Source: Thermoanaerobaculia bacterium
GTDB taxonomy: Bacteria > Acidobacteriota > Thermoanaerobaculia > UBA5066
Direction: 5' to 3'
NCBI GenBank assembly: GCA_048500275.1
Contig: JASNYI010000002.1
Span: 347,936-411,935, forward strand
Length of the DNA: 64,000 nucleotides
Shown: in pieces, positions 17,936 to 28,195 of the stretch
Layout: each line of letters starts with the position of its first letter
How positions within the stretch are numbered: position 1 is the first letter of the stretch
Made by a program: the position numbers and the translations under genes
The notes under the pieces: model-generated
What the model saw: only the letters and a program-made list of their open reading frames with translations
What the model was told of the DNA's origin: nothing
Database searches by the model: none

Positions 17936-19162
17936 TCAATCAATGACGGGAGACGCGGGGGCTCGGCTCGGAATCCCGGCCAGGAAGCCGAGGAGATCGC
18001 GACCGATCTCGTTCGCATCGAAGAAGGTCGTCACTCTTCGCCGGCCGGCCCGACCGATCGAGACTGCCCGGTTCCGGTCGGCGAGGAGTGCGGCGCAGGC
18101 CCCTGCCAGGAGGTCCGGACCGTCGGCGAGGAGGATCTCCTCTCCGTCGCAGGCGTCGATCCCGGTGGCACCGAGGCGGGTCGAGACGACGGGAACACCG
18201 AGCGCCATCGCTTCCAGGATCTTGACCCGCACGCCACCGCCCGCGAGAAGGGGCACGACCATGGCCGCTCCCGAGGCCAGGAACTCCCGGGCGTCCGTCA
18301 CCCGGCCGAGGAATCTGGCTCCCTCGACCCGGAAGGCGCATTCGAGGCCGCGGGGAGGATTGCTGCCGCCGACGTGGAACCGGGCGCCGGGGACGGCCCG
18401 CCGGACGAGCGGCCAGGCGCTTTCGAGGAACCATCGCACCGCGTCGAGGTTCGGGGTCCAGTCGAGAGAGCCGAGGAAGACGAGCGTGAGTGGGTCGCCC
18501 TGGCCGGACCGGTCGGGGCATTCGCTCGTCGCGATCCCGACGGGGGAGACGTGGACGGGAATTCTCGCCCCGAGCTGCCGGTAGTCGTCCGCGTCCTCCC
18601 GGGTGACCGGAAGGACGGCGTCCAGGTCGTTGACGGTGGCGGCCTCGTATTCCCGGAGGCGGTTCGAGAGGTGCTGCAGGTAGAAGCGCTTCGCGCCCGC
18701 ACGCTCGACCCTCGCGAGGCCTTCCCAGATGCGGTGCTCGACGTTGTGCGAGCGCAGGACGACGGGGGCGCGGGTCGCCGAACGAAGCGCGGGAAGGTAC
18801 GGGACCATGAAGAGGCTCTCGAGGAGGACGACGTCGGGGGGCTCCTCGCGGACGACCTCGAGGAGGCGCCGCTCGAAAGCCCCGGAGAGGAACCTCTCGA
18901 CGTTGTAGGAACCTCCGAAAAGGAGGCTCCGGAGCGCCCCGCCGACCGTGACCGACGTGTCGACGTCGACCGCCTCGAGCCGGAGCGTCCGGGCCTCCTC
19001 CGGCAGGGCCGTCAGGTCCGCCCGGTGCTTGGCGGGGTTGAGGGAAAGCGTTCGGACGGAGGCCCCGGCCGCCCGCAGGGAAAGCGCGAGCATGCGCATC
19101 GCCACCCGGCCTCCGTCGTCGGCGGGCCACGGGACCTTCGGGCAGAGCTGAAGGATGCGCAT
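17936..19162 (-). CDS. Glycosyltransferase family 4 (GT4, GT-B fold)
   Basis: MRILQLCPKVPWPADDGG N-terminus and a C-terminal EAMALGVPVVST-type motif. Confidence 0.8.
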   Translation of the reverse strand: MRILQLCPKVPWPADDGGRVAMRMLALSLRAAGASVRTLSLNPAKHRADLTALPEEARTLRLEAVDVDTSVTVGGALRSLLFGGSYNVERFLSGAFERRLLEVVREEPPDVVLLESLFMVPYLPALRSATRAPVVLRSHNVEHRIWEGLARVERAGAKRFYLQHLSNRLREYEAATVNDLDAVLPVTREDADDYRQLGARIPVHVSPVGIATSECPDRSGQGDPLTLVFLGSLDWTPNLDAVRWFLESAWPLVRRAVPGARFHVGGSNPPRGLECAFRVEGARFLGRVTDAREFLASGAAMVVPLLAGGGVRVKILEAMALGVPVVSTRLGATGIDACDGEEILLADGPDLLAGACAALLADRNRAVSIGRAGRRRVTTFFDANEIGRDLLGFLAGIPSRAPASPVID

Positions 19163-19236
19163 CGGGCTCCCCCGCGGACGAGAAGGCCCGGCGGCGGGCG
19201 CCGGGCCGGGGTCACGGCGCGAGCGGGGGCCCCCCC

Positions 19237-20664
<1,428 letters not shown>

Positions 20665-20784
20665 CTCACGTAACTCCTGGGCGCCTCGCCGGCGCGAATG
20701 CGTGTCCGGGGCGCCTTCGTGAGCGGCGATTATAGGGAACCGCTCCCGGCAGGCCCGGCGGGTCCGACGCGGAGGCGGAGAGCC

Positions 20785-20825
20785 CGGAAAGGAAGAGCGG
20801 CGCGGCGTTCTCACGCCGCGCCGCT
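20785..20825 (-). terminator. Intrinsic terminator after the CpxP-like gene
   Basis: agcggcgcggcg-ttctca-cgccgcgccgct, a perfect 12-bp stem, followed on the minus strand by CTTCCTTTCC. Confidence 0.55.
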
Positions 20826-20850
20826 CGGGCCGAAAGGCAGCCGGGGTCGG

Positions 20851-21357
20851 TCAGTCGATGGGAGGCGGAGGGCCGGGGCGTCCGTGCCCGCGGCCGCCGG
20901 GGGCGAGGGCGCCTCGCCGCATCTCGCGATGGGCGTCCCGCCAGCCTTCCAGTCTCGCCCGCTGTTCCGGGGTGAGGATCGCCTCGAGCTTCTCCCTCGA
21001 GGTCTCCCGCTCCTGTCGCATCGTGGTCCGATGGGCCCTCGCCTTCAGGAAGGCCGCCCCGACGGCCGCCGGGTCGGCATCCGGGGCCTCGGCCGACGCC
21101 CGGAGCGCCTCGCGCAGGGCGCGCCCCTCCTGGCGCAGGGGCTCGAGCCGCGCCCTTTCGGCGGCGAAGAGCACTTTCAGCTTTTCGTTCTGCTCGCTCG
21201 TCAGGTCGAGGGTCGCCAGCGCGGCCCGCAGGCCTCTGCCGGGAGCTCCGTCTCTTCCCCCCCGGGGGCTCTGCCCGGCGAAGGCGGCGCCCCCTGCCAG
21301 GAGCAGGCCCAGCGCGACCGCGGCGGTCGTGAGCCTTCGGGTCGTCGTGCTTTTCAT
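20851..21357 (-). CDS. Periplasmic CpxP/Spy/ZraP-family (LTXXQ motif) protein
   Basis: Signal peptide and two LTXXQ motifs (LDLTSEQNEKL and ILTPEQRARL). Helical Arg/Glu-rich composition. Confidence 0.7.
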   Translation of the reverse strand: MKSTTTRRLTTAAVALGLLLAGGAAFAGQSPRGGRDGAPGRGLRAALATLDLTSEQNEKLKVLFAAERARLEPLRQEGRALREALRASAEAPDADPAAVGAAFLKARAHRTTMRQERETSREKLEAILTPEQRARLEGWRDAHREMRRGALAPGGRGHGRPGPPPPID

Positions 21358-21462
21358 GATCGTCTCCTTTCCTCGTCCGGGCCCCGGGGTCCCTCCCCGG
21401 ACACACGGACAGACGACGGTCGCGGCGGTTTCGTTTACCGGCCTGCGGGAGCCCCCCCGCGA

Positions 21463-21478
21463 TGGCCCACAATGTGCA
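21463..21478 (+). promoter_or_regulatory. Sigma-54-like promoter element (TGGCCCA-CAAT-GTGCA) inside an imperfect palindrome
   Basis: GG-N10-GC is exact, about 60 nt upstream of the 21547 start. Overlaps the imperfect inverted repeat TGGCCCACAATG/CAATGGTGTCCA. Confidence 0.4.
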
Positions 21479-21546
21479 ATGGTGTCCACGCCTGCGTCTT
21501 CCGGCACGGGACGACCCCCGCGGAGGACGAGAAACGGAGGACCGAG

Positions 21547-22185
21547 ATGCTCCTGACCCGTCGGTCGATCGCCCTTCTCGCCTGCGTCGCGCTCGCCGGC
21601 TCCCTCTCCGCCGCGCCGGCCCCCTCGCCCGTGAAACGCCTCGGAAAGACGGTGGTCCAGCACAAGGACGAGAGGGTGAAGGCCATTCTCTCGTGGCGCT
21701 TCGCGAACCAGACCTTCGAGAAGGAGCCGTGGTTCCTCCTCGAGCTCGCCTTCGCCTCCGAAGGGGGGAACGTCGAGCTGAACCGCGAGGACGTGTCTCT
21801 CCTGACGCCGGGCGGGGAGCGGCTTTCGCTGCCGGGACAGAAGCGCCTCGCCGAGGGCCTGAAGGACGTCCGCTGGTTCCTGCAGCGGTCGTCCGTGGCG
21901 CGGGACCCGCTCACGGGGTACTTTTCCCGCCAGGACCTCGAGCGGCGGCTGCCGTTCTTCGGAATCCCGGGCGAGCAGATCGTCCAGGACGAGGTCGGCG
22001 GAGGGCACTCGATGCTGATCCGCGGAGACCTCTTCTTCGAGGCGCCGGCCGGCTCCTGGAAGCCGGGCCGCTACACGCTGGTCCTGAAGAACAAGACGAT
22101 GGACGTCGAGCTGCCGTTCACGCTCCCGGCGGACGACCCGAAGCAGGAGGCGAAGCCGGGAGACGAGAAGATCGTGCCCTGGTGA
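21547..22185 (+). CDS. Secreted hypothetical protein (about 212 aa)
   Basis: Signal peptide MLLTRRSIALLACVALAGSLSAAPA. GGAGGA ribosome-binding site. Normal composition, unlike the Arg-rich 5' part of the parent ORF. Confidence 0.65.
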   Translation: MLLTRRSIALLACVALAGSLSAAPAPSPVKRLGKTVVQHKDERVKAILSWRFANQTFEKEPWFLLELAFASEGGNVELNREDVSLLTPGGERLSLPGQKRLAEGLKDVRWFLQRSSVARDPLTGYFSRQDLERRLPFFGIPGEQIVQDEVGGGHSMLIRGDLFFEAPAGSWKPGRYTLVLKNKTMDVELPFTLPADDPKQEAKPGDEKIVPW

Positions 22186-22225
22186 GCCGTCGGGGATGCC
22201 CGGCGGCGTCCTCGCGCCGTGACCG

Positions 22226-23263
22226 TCACTGCCACCGGAAGACCCGGACCGCCACGAGGAACGAGACCGTCCCCGTGACGACGAGGACGACCAGCTCGAG
22301 GCCGAGGCCGGTGAGCGGGCGTCCTTCGGTCATCACGGCGCGGAGCGCGTCGTTGAGCGCCGTGAGCGGGAGCGCCCGGATGAGCGGGTGAACCGCCTCG
22401 GGGAACCTCTCCCACGAGAAGAACGTCCCCGAGAGGAGCCACATCGGGAGCATCACGAGGTTCATCAGGCCGCTGACCCCTTCGATCGTCCTCGTCCGCG
22501 ACGCCACGAGGAGGCCGAGGCCGGCGAACGAGGCGGCCCCGAGGAGCGAGACGACGGCGAGCGCAGCTATGGAGCCGCGGACCTCGACCCCGAACGCGAG
22601 CCGCCCGAAGCCAACGAGGACCGCGACCTCGAAGACGAGAAAGAGGAGCCGCGCGAGCATCTGCGAGAGGAGGTACTCGCTCCGGCGCATCGGCGTCGCC
22701 GCGAGGCGCTTCAGGAGCTTCTTCGTCCGCGCGTTGACGATGGAGAAGCCGAGGCCCCACATCGAGGTCCCCATCAGGTTGAGGCCGAGGAGGCCCGGGA
22801 GGAGGAAGTCAATGTAGCGCGAGCCGGGCTCGGTGACCGGGCTCTCGCGCGGCGCGAGCGGGTCGGCCCGGCCCGCGGCCCGCTGGAGGGCGTCGTCCAC
22901 CTCGAGGCGCGCCGCGCGGGCGTCGGGGCGGGTCGGGTCGAGGCGGTAGACGGGGCCCCCGTCGTCCTCGACGAGGAGGGAGATCTTCCCGGTCCGGAGG
23001 GCTTCCCGGCCCTCGGCCTCCCCGTAGGTGCGGACCGTGAGGGCGGGCGAAGCGCGGAGAGCGTCCGACGTGTACGTGGAGAGCGGCCCCCGGACGACGC
23101 CGACCGGGATCCTCTCGGGGGCCTTCCCGCGGAAGGCGAGGCCCAGGGCGAGGGCGAGGAGGACCGGGAAGGCGAAGACCCAGAACATCGCCTCGGTCTC
23201 CCGCACGAACTCGCGAAGCCGCGCGATTGTCAGCTCGAGGAGCGCAGGTAAGGGCCTACGCAT
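22226..23263 (-). CDS. ABC-2 type transporter permease
   Basis: Six TM helices with an ABC-2 family signature. Overlaps the ATPase gene by 8 nt. Confidence 0.8.
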   Translation of the reverse strand: MRRPLPALLELTIARLREFVRETEAMFWVFAFPVLLALALGLAFRGKAPERIPVGVVRGPLSTYTSDALRASPALTVRTYGEAEGREALRTGKISLLVEDDGGPVYRLDPTRPDARAARLEVDDALQRAAGRADPLAPRESPVTEPGSRYIDFLLPGLLGLNLMGTSMWGLGFSIVNARTKKLLKRLAATPMRRSEYLLSQMLARLLFLVFEVAVLVGFGRLAFGVEVRGSIAALAVVSLLGAASFAGLGLLVASRTRTIEGVSGLMNLVMLPMWLLSGTFFSWERFPEAVHPLIRALPLTALNDALRAVMTEGRPLTGLGLELVVLVVTGTVSFLVAVRVFRWQ

Positions 23264-24179
23264 CCCGCAGCCTCCGCCCCGTCCTCGCGACGAAGAGGTC
23301 CTCGAGCGTGGCGCGGTGGGTGGCGAGGGCCAGGAGTCGGGCGCCGGCGGCGTCGGCCGCGGCGAGGAGGGCGGGAACCGTCTCGGCGAGGTCCCGCACC
23401 CCGAGCGCCCACCCGTTTCCGTCGGCGTGCAGCTCGGCGACGCCGGGGAGCGAGGAGAGCGCCTCCCGCGAGAGCGGCGGCTCGGTCTCGAACTCGACGA
23501 CGCTCGTCGCGTGGAGGGAGGCGATCAGCTCCACCGGCGTGCCGAGGGCGATGACCTTCCCGTGGTCGACGATCGCCACGCGGTCGCAGAGGCGCTCGGC
23601 CTCGTCCATGTAGTGCGTCGTGAGGAGAACGGTCCCTCCGCCCGCCCGGAATCGCTCGACCTGCTCCCAAAGGTCCCGGCGGCTCTGCGGGTCGAGGCCG
23701 GTCGTCGGCTCGTCGAGGAAAAGGAGCTCCGGCGCGCCGACGAGGGCGCAGGCGACGGCGAGCCGCTGGCGCTGGCCGCCGGAGAGCTTCCCGACGCGCG
23801 CGCGTCGCTTCTCGACGAGGGAGAGGGTCTCGAGGAGCTCCTCCGGGTCGCGTCCCCTCCGGTAGAAGGAACGGAAGAGGAGGACCGTCTCCTCTACGGT
23901 GAGCTTGTCGGCGAGCTGCGTTTCCTGGAGGGAGATGCCGAGCCTCTCCCGCAGAGAGTGACCGTCGCGCCCCCAGCGCTCGCCGAGCACCTCGACCTCG
24001 CCGGCATCGGGTGCCGTGAGCCCCTCGAGGATTTCGATCGTCGTCGTCTTCCCCGCGCCGTTCGGTCCGAGGAGGCCGAAGCACTCGCCCCGGAAGACCT
24101 CCAGGTCGAGGCCGTCGACGGCGACGACGTCCTCGTAGCGTTTCACGAGCCCGCGGCAGTGGATTGCGTCAGGCGGCAC
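23256..24179 (-). CDS. ABC transporter ATP-binding protein (ABC-2 subfamily)
   Basis: Walker A GPNGAGKTT, signature LSGGQRQRL, Walker B LLFLDEPT. Confidence 0.9.
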   Translation of the reverse strand: MPPDAIHCRGLVKRYEDVVAVDGLDLEVFRGECFGLLGPNGAGKTTTIEILEGLTAPDAGEVEVLGERWGRDGHSLRERLGISLQETQLADKLTVEETVLLFRSFYRRGRDPEELLETLSLVEKRRARVGKLSGGQRQRLAVACALVGAPELLFLDEPTTGLDPQSRRDLWEQVERFRAGGGTVLLTTHYMDEAERLCDRVAIVDHGKVIALGTPVELIASLHATSVVEFETEPPLSREALSSLPGVAELHADGNGWALGVRDLAETVPALLAAADAAGARLLALATHRATLEDLFVARTGRRLRDA

Positions 24180-24264
24180 CCGCCGATCCTAAGGCAGCCG
24201 TCGCAGCGCTGGTCGGCGCGTGCGTGAAGGACGCGGGAGGGCTACCGGCGTGGTTCCGGACGCG

Positions 24265-27200
24265 TCATCGGCCGGACGGCGCCGCGACGGGCCGCCTGAT
24301 GACCCGCCCCGGCAGGAAGCTCGCGTCGTTCGTGAGGTTGTCGATCCGAATGGCGTGCGCGATGACGCCGCCCCCGTCGACGACCTCGACGAGGACCGAG
24401 GCTTCCGCCCGGGGGGGAGCGCCCATCTCCGCGAAGACGTCGTTCCACTGGACCGCCTGATAGCGCTCGAGGACGAGGTCCCGCGTCGCCACCTTCGCTC
24501 CGTCGGTGTCGAGCAGGGTGACCCGCACGAACGTCTGGATCCCGAACGTCTCGAGGAACCCGAGGTTCGTCCGGCTCCGGGGGGACGAGGCGAGGAACGT
24601 CAGGGCGATCTTCTCGCGCGCCACGGCTTCCGCGTTCTCCAGGACGCCGATGGCGAGACCGTAGCTCTTACCCGGCTCCTCGGCCCAGGTCCGGCTCGAG
24701 ACGACGACGCCCGGCGAATCCCCGAGGACGGTGAGCCTCAGGGCGCCGGCAGCGTCGCCGCGAACCCCGAGGAGGCTCTCGAGGACGTCCTCGAACAGGC
24801 GCGTCTCCCACGCCCCGAGGCTGAGTACGAGCTGGAAGGGGCCCTCGCCCCGGGAGGGGAAGTAGGAGATCCGGACGTTCGCGGGCGCGGGCCAGGGGTT
24901 CGAGATCTTGAGGTCGGTCCGGAAGAAGGCGCCGAACCGCCCGGGGGCTCTCGCCGTCGCGGGGAGGAAGACGTCCCGCCGAAGCCGGGACGCGGTCACG
25001 AGGAGGCCGTCGTTGGAGCCGTTGTCGACCGCGGTCGCCCAGCCGACGACCCGCCCGGCGCCGGAGAGGACGCGCAGCTCGAGAAGGTCTCCCGGAGTCG
25101 CGGCGAGGTTGAGGGCCTTGTGGACGTCGTTGACCTGGCGGCTCTCGAGCCGCTCGAGGTCGAGCGGCAGGCGTCCCCGGACGGAGCCGCCGCCGTCCCT
25201 GAGGATGATCTCGACCGAGGCCGGGGCCCCGTTGATCTCGACCACGCCGAGGTTGACCCGGGAGGTGCCGGGCCGGAAGACCGGAACGAGCCAGGCGGGG
25301 GAATCGCCCTCGCCGATCGCGCCCTCGGGGCCGACGTCCGGCACGAGGAGGCCGTACGCCCCTCCGCCGGCGGACGTGGCTTCCGTCCGGCTCGCGACGA
25401 CGACTCCCGGAGGGGCCGCGACGTGGACGGGGCCGAAGCCCGTCGTCCGGAAGGCGTTCCCGACGACGTCCTCGAGGATCCTCGTCGAGAGGGGCGGGAG
25501 GGAGAGGGTGACGGACACGGTCCCTGCCGTGGGGCGGCCGGACGGCAGGAAGGAGAGCGTGACGTCGGCCGGCGCGACTTCGTCGGGGTTGAAGAGGACG
25601 ACGTCGCTGGCGAAGAAGGCCCCGTGAAGCCCGGCGTTGCGGGCGATCGTCGGGAGGAGCCGCGCCGGGGAGCCCGGGACGTCCGAGCGCCGAGGGGTCT
25701 CGGGCTCGACGACGACGGCCCAGCTCGTCAGGCGGCCCCCGTCGGGCCCGTCCTCGAGGCGGAGCGTCCAGGTCCCCTCGACCGGCCTCCCCGCGAAGAG
25801 GGAGAGCGGCTCGACGCTCTCCACGGTCCTGCCGATCACCTCCCGAAAGACCGTCCCCGGACGGAGGGAGCCGTCGAGAAGGAGCAGGGTCATGCCGTCC
25901 GGCGACGTGAGGAAGGCGCGCACCCCGGCGGGCTCCGGGTGCTCGAAGGAGAGGGAGATCGCGAGGCTCGCGACCCGGCCGACGAGCGACGTGACCGAGG
26001 CCCGGCAGACGGTCGCCTCGCCGCCGCCCCCCTCTGTCGAAGCGCGTTCGCAGGGGCCCGTGAACGGCCAGGGCGAGGCGAACGCGGCGCCGACGTCGAT
26101 CCGGGGCGTCGTCGCGCCGCTCTTCTCGTCCGTCACGGGAACGCCCGTCAGGCGGAGGAAGTCGGCGGAGAGAACGGGGTCGGCGAACGGGGAGAACTGG
26201 CGCGCCAGGAGCAGAGACGCGGCGGCGGCGGGGGCGGCCGCCGAAGTCCCCGAGAAGGTCGTGCGCCGCCCGCCGCCAGCGGTCGGCACGATCCACCGGA
26301 CGCCGGGCGCGAGCATCGAGAGCGCGGGCCCCCCGTTGCTCGAGCAGGGGACGACGTCCGGCCCGGTGACGGAGTCGCTGCAGGAGGAGTCGCCGTCCCA
26401 GGTCGTCGGCCCCTGCCCCGCGGAGTAGACCATTCCGACGCTGACGACGTCGGCGTGACACGCGGGCCAGGAGACGCCGCCGGAGGAGCCGGAGTTTCCG
26501 GAGGCCGCCACGACGGCGAGGCCCTCCGCCCTGGCGCGGGCGAAGAGCGAGGCGGAGACGGGGTCCTCTCCGTCGCAGAAGCCGTCGCGGACCCGGTCGT
26601 CGGCGAGGCTGAGGTTCAGGACGTCGATCCCCAGGTCGCTCCGGCGCTCGAGCGCCCAGTCGACCGCCGCCAGCACGTCCGAGGCGAGCGCGGCCGAGCA
26701 GCCGTCCCGGGCGCCGAAGACCTTGAGCGCCACGATCGAGGCCTCCGGGGCGATCCCCTGCACGCCCGCGGCGACTCCGGCGACGGCGGTGCCGTGACCG
26801 TCGCAATCGTAGAGGTCGGCGTTGCCGTCGGCGAAGTTCCAGCCCCCGACGATGCGGCCGCCGCCGGAGGAGGACGCGCCGAGGTCGGGGTGGTAGAGGT
26901 CGATTCCGGTGTCGACGATTCCGATCGCGCGTCCCGCCCCGGTGACCCCGGCGGCGAGGAGGCGGTCCGCTCCGATCTGGGCGGCGCCGACCTGCCCGGC
27001 AGGGCGGACGACGCGGTCGAGGACGATCGCCCGGGTCGCGCCGTCTCGCCCGAGCTGCGCGAGCGCCTGCGAGGTCAGCCAGCCCGTGAGGACCCGGCCC
27101 CCCGAGAGGGAGCGGACGACCTCGAAGCCGGCGGGGGCCTCCCCGGTCTCGCCCGCGTCTCGCGAGACGAGGACCCGCACCCGCTCCCCGTTCGCGACCC

Positions 27201-27315
27201 GCTCCCGGACGCCGCTGGCCACGTGAGGAGCCGCATTCCCGGCGGGGGCCGAGAGGAGCGCCGGGGCCAGGGCCGCGGCCGCGAGGAAGGCGCCTGCGGC
27301 GCAGAGGAATCGCAT
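24265..27315 (-). CDS. Secreted subtilisin-like serine protease (S8) with a kexin-type P-domain and two C-terminal repeat domains
   Basis: Catalytic D (IVDTGID), H (DCDGHGTAVAG) and S (GTSAAAPAAAAS). P-domain-like segment. Two ~120-aa C-terminal repeats (AFFASDVVLFNP... and AFFRTDLKISNP...). Confidence 0.85.
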   Translation of the reverse strand: MRFLCAAGAFLAAAALAPALLSAPAGNAAPHVASGVRERVANGERVRVLVSRDAGETGEAPAGFEVVRSLSGGRVLTGWLTSQALAQLGRDGATRAIVLDRVVRPAGQVGAAQIGADRLLAAGVTGAGRAIGIVDTGIDLYHPDLGASSSGGGRIVGGWNFADGNADLYDCDGHGTAVAGVAAGVQGIAPEASIVALKVFGARDGCSAALASDVLAAVDWALERRSDLGIDVLNLSLADDRVRDGFCDGEDPVSASLFARARAEGLAVVAASGNSGSSGGVSWPACHADVVSVGMVYSAGQGPTTWDGDSSCSDSVTGPDVVPCSSNGGPALSMLAPGVRWIVPTAGGGRRTTFSGTSAAAPAAAASLLLARQFSPFADPVLSADFLRLTGVPVTDEKSGATTPRIDVGAAFASPWPFTGPCERASTEGGGGEATVCRASVTSLVGRVASLAISLSFEHPEPAGVRAFLTSPDGMTLLLLDGSLRPGTVFREVIGRTVESVEPLSLFAGRPVEGTWTLRLEDGPDGGRLTSWAVVVEPETPRRSDVPGSPARLLPTIARNAGLHGAFFASDVVLFNPDEVAPADVTLSFLPSGRPTAGTVSVTLSLPPLSTRILEDVVGNAFRTTGFGPVHVAAPPGVVVASRTEATSAGGGAYGLLVPDVGPEGAIGEGDSPAWLVPVFRPGTSRVNLGVVEINGAPASVEIILRDGGGSVRGRLPLDLERLESRQVNDVHKALNLAATPGDLLELRVLSGAGRVVGWATAVDNGSNDGLLVTASRLRRDVFLPATARAPGRFGAFFRTDLKISNPWPAPANVRISYFPSRGEGPFQLVLSLGAWETRLFEDVLESLLGVRGDAAGALRLTVLGDSPGVVVSSRTWAEEPGKSYGLAIGVLENAEAVAREKIALTFLASSPRSRTNLGFLETFGIQTFVRVTLLDTDGAKVATRDLVLERYQAVQWNDVFAEMGAPPRAEASVLVEVVDGGGVIAHAIRIDNLTNDASFLPGRVIRRPVAAPSGR

Positions 27316-27412
27316 CGTAACGGGCGAAAGCTATCACCGGACGCCGTGCGAGGACGTGAGGGCCGTCATCGGGGCGCCGGGAGTGAGTGACGCGGGCCGA
27401 TAGAATCCCACC

Positions 27413-28195
27413 GTGGTTCCCTATCCGTCGCCGCACCCGGTCGCGGAAGGAGGCGTGGCGGTCTTCGCCGACGCCCACCTCGGGCAGGTCGAGGACGACG
27501 GCGACGACTTCCTCGCCGCGCTCGACGACGCCGTGGCGCGCGGCTGCAGGACCGTCGTCCTCCTCGGCGACATCTTCCACTACTTCATCGGGAGCGCGAA
27601 GCTCGAGACACCCCTCGTCCGGCGGGTCGTCTCGGCGTGGGACGATCTCGCGGCGAGGGGTGTGGAGCTCCGGTACGTCGAGGGGAACCGCGATTTCTTT
27701 CTCCGCGGGACGCGCTGGGCGCGGTCCTTCGCGGCCTACGGCGACACGGACGGGCTCCTCGTCGGTTCCCGCCGTTTCGCCTTCGTCCACGGCGACCGGA
27801 TCAACACCCGGGACCTCCCGTACCGCTTCTGGCGCCGCCTCTCGAAGAACCCCGTGTCGCGGGCCGCGCTCGGCCTGATCCCGGGGCCGCTCGCCCGGGC
27901 GATCGTCGTGAAGACGGAAGCCCGTCTCTACCGGACGAACTTCCGGCACAAGCGCGTGCTGCCCGACCGGGAGCTGGTCCTGGAGGCGGAGCGGGTCCGG
28001 GCCGCCGGGTACGACGAGCTCCTCGTCGGGCACTTCCACGTGGAGCGGCACTACGAGGGGGAGAGGGGCATCGCCCGGATTCTCCCCGCCTGGCTCGAGG
28101 AGAGGCGGCACGCCGAGATCGGCCCGGAGGGCGTCCTGAAGATCGTCGAGGAGCCGAGCGCCGCCCGGGCGGTGCGCCGCGCGGCGCCGGCGTGA
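27413..28195 (+). CDS. lpxH: UDP-2,3-diacylglucosamine hydrolase-like metallophosphoesterase
   Basis: VFADAHLG, LLGDIFHYF, GNRDFF and HGDR metallophosphatase motifs. The exact start (GTG at 27413) is uncertain. Confidence 0.65.
   Translation: MVPYPSPHPVAEGGVAVFADAHLGQVEDDGDDFLAALDDAVARGCRTVVLLGDIFHYFIGSAKLETPLVRRVVSAWDDLAARGVELRYVEGNRDFFLRGTRWARSFAAYGDTDGLLVGSRRFAFVHGDRINTRDLPYRFWRRLSKNPVSRAALGLIPGPLARAIVVKTEARLYRTNFRHKRVLPDRELVLEAERVRAAGYDELLVGHFHVERHYEGERGIARILPAWLEERRHAEIGPEGVLKIVEEPSAARAVRRAAPA

Noticed and set aside
24220-28111. Overlapping 1056-aa (plus strand) and 1147-aa (minus strand) ORFs
   Set aside because: Alternate-frame or antisense to the S8 protease gene, with Arg/Gly/Pro-dominated composition. 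The S8 frame carries the catalytic motifs.
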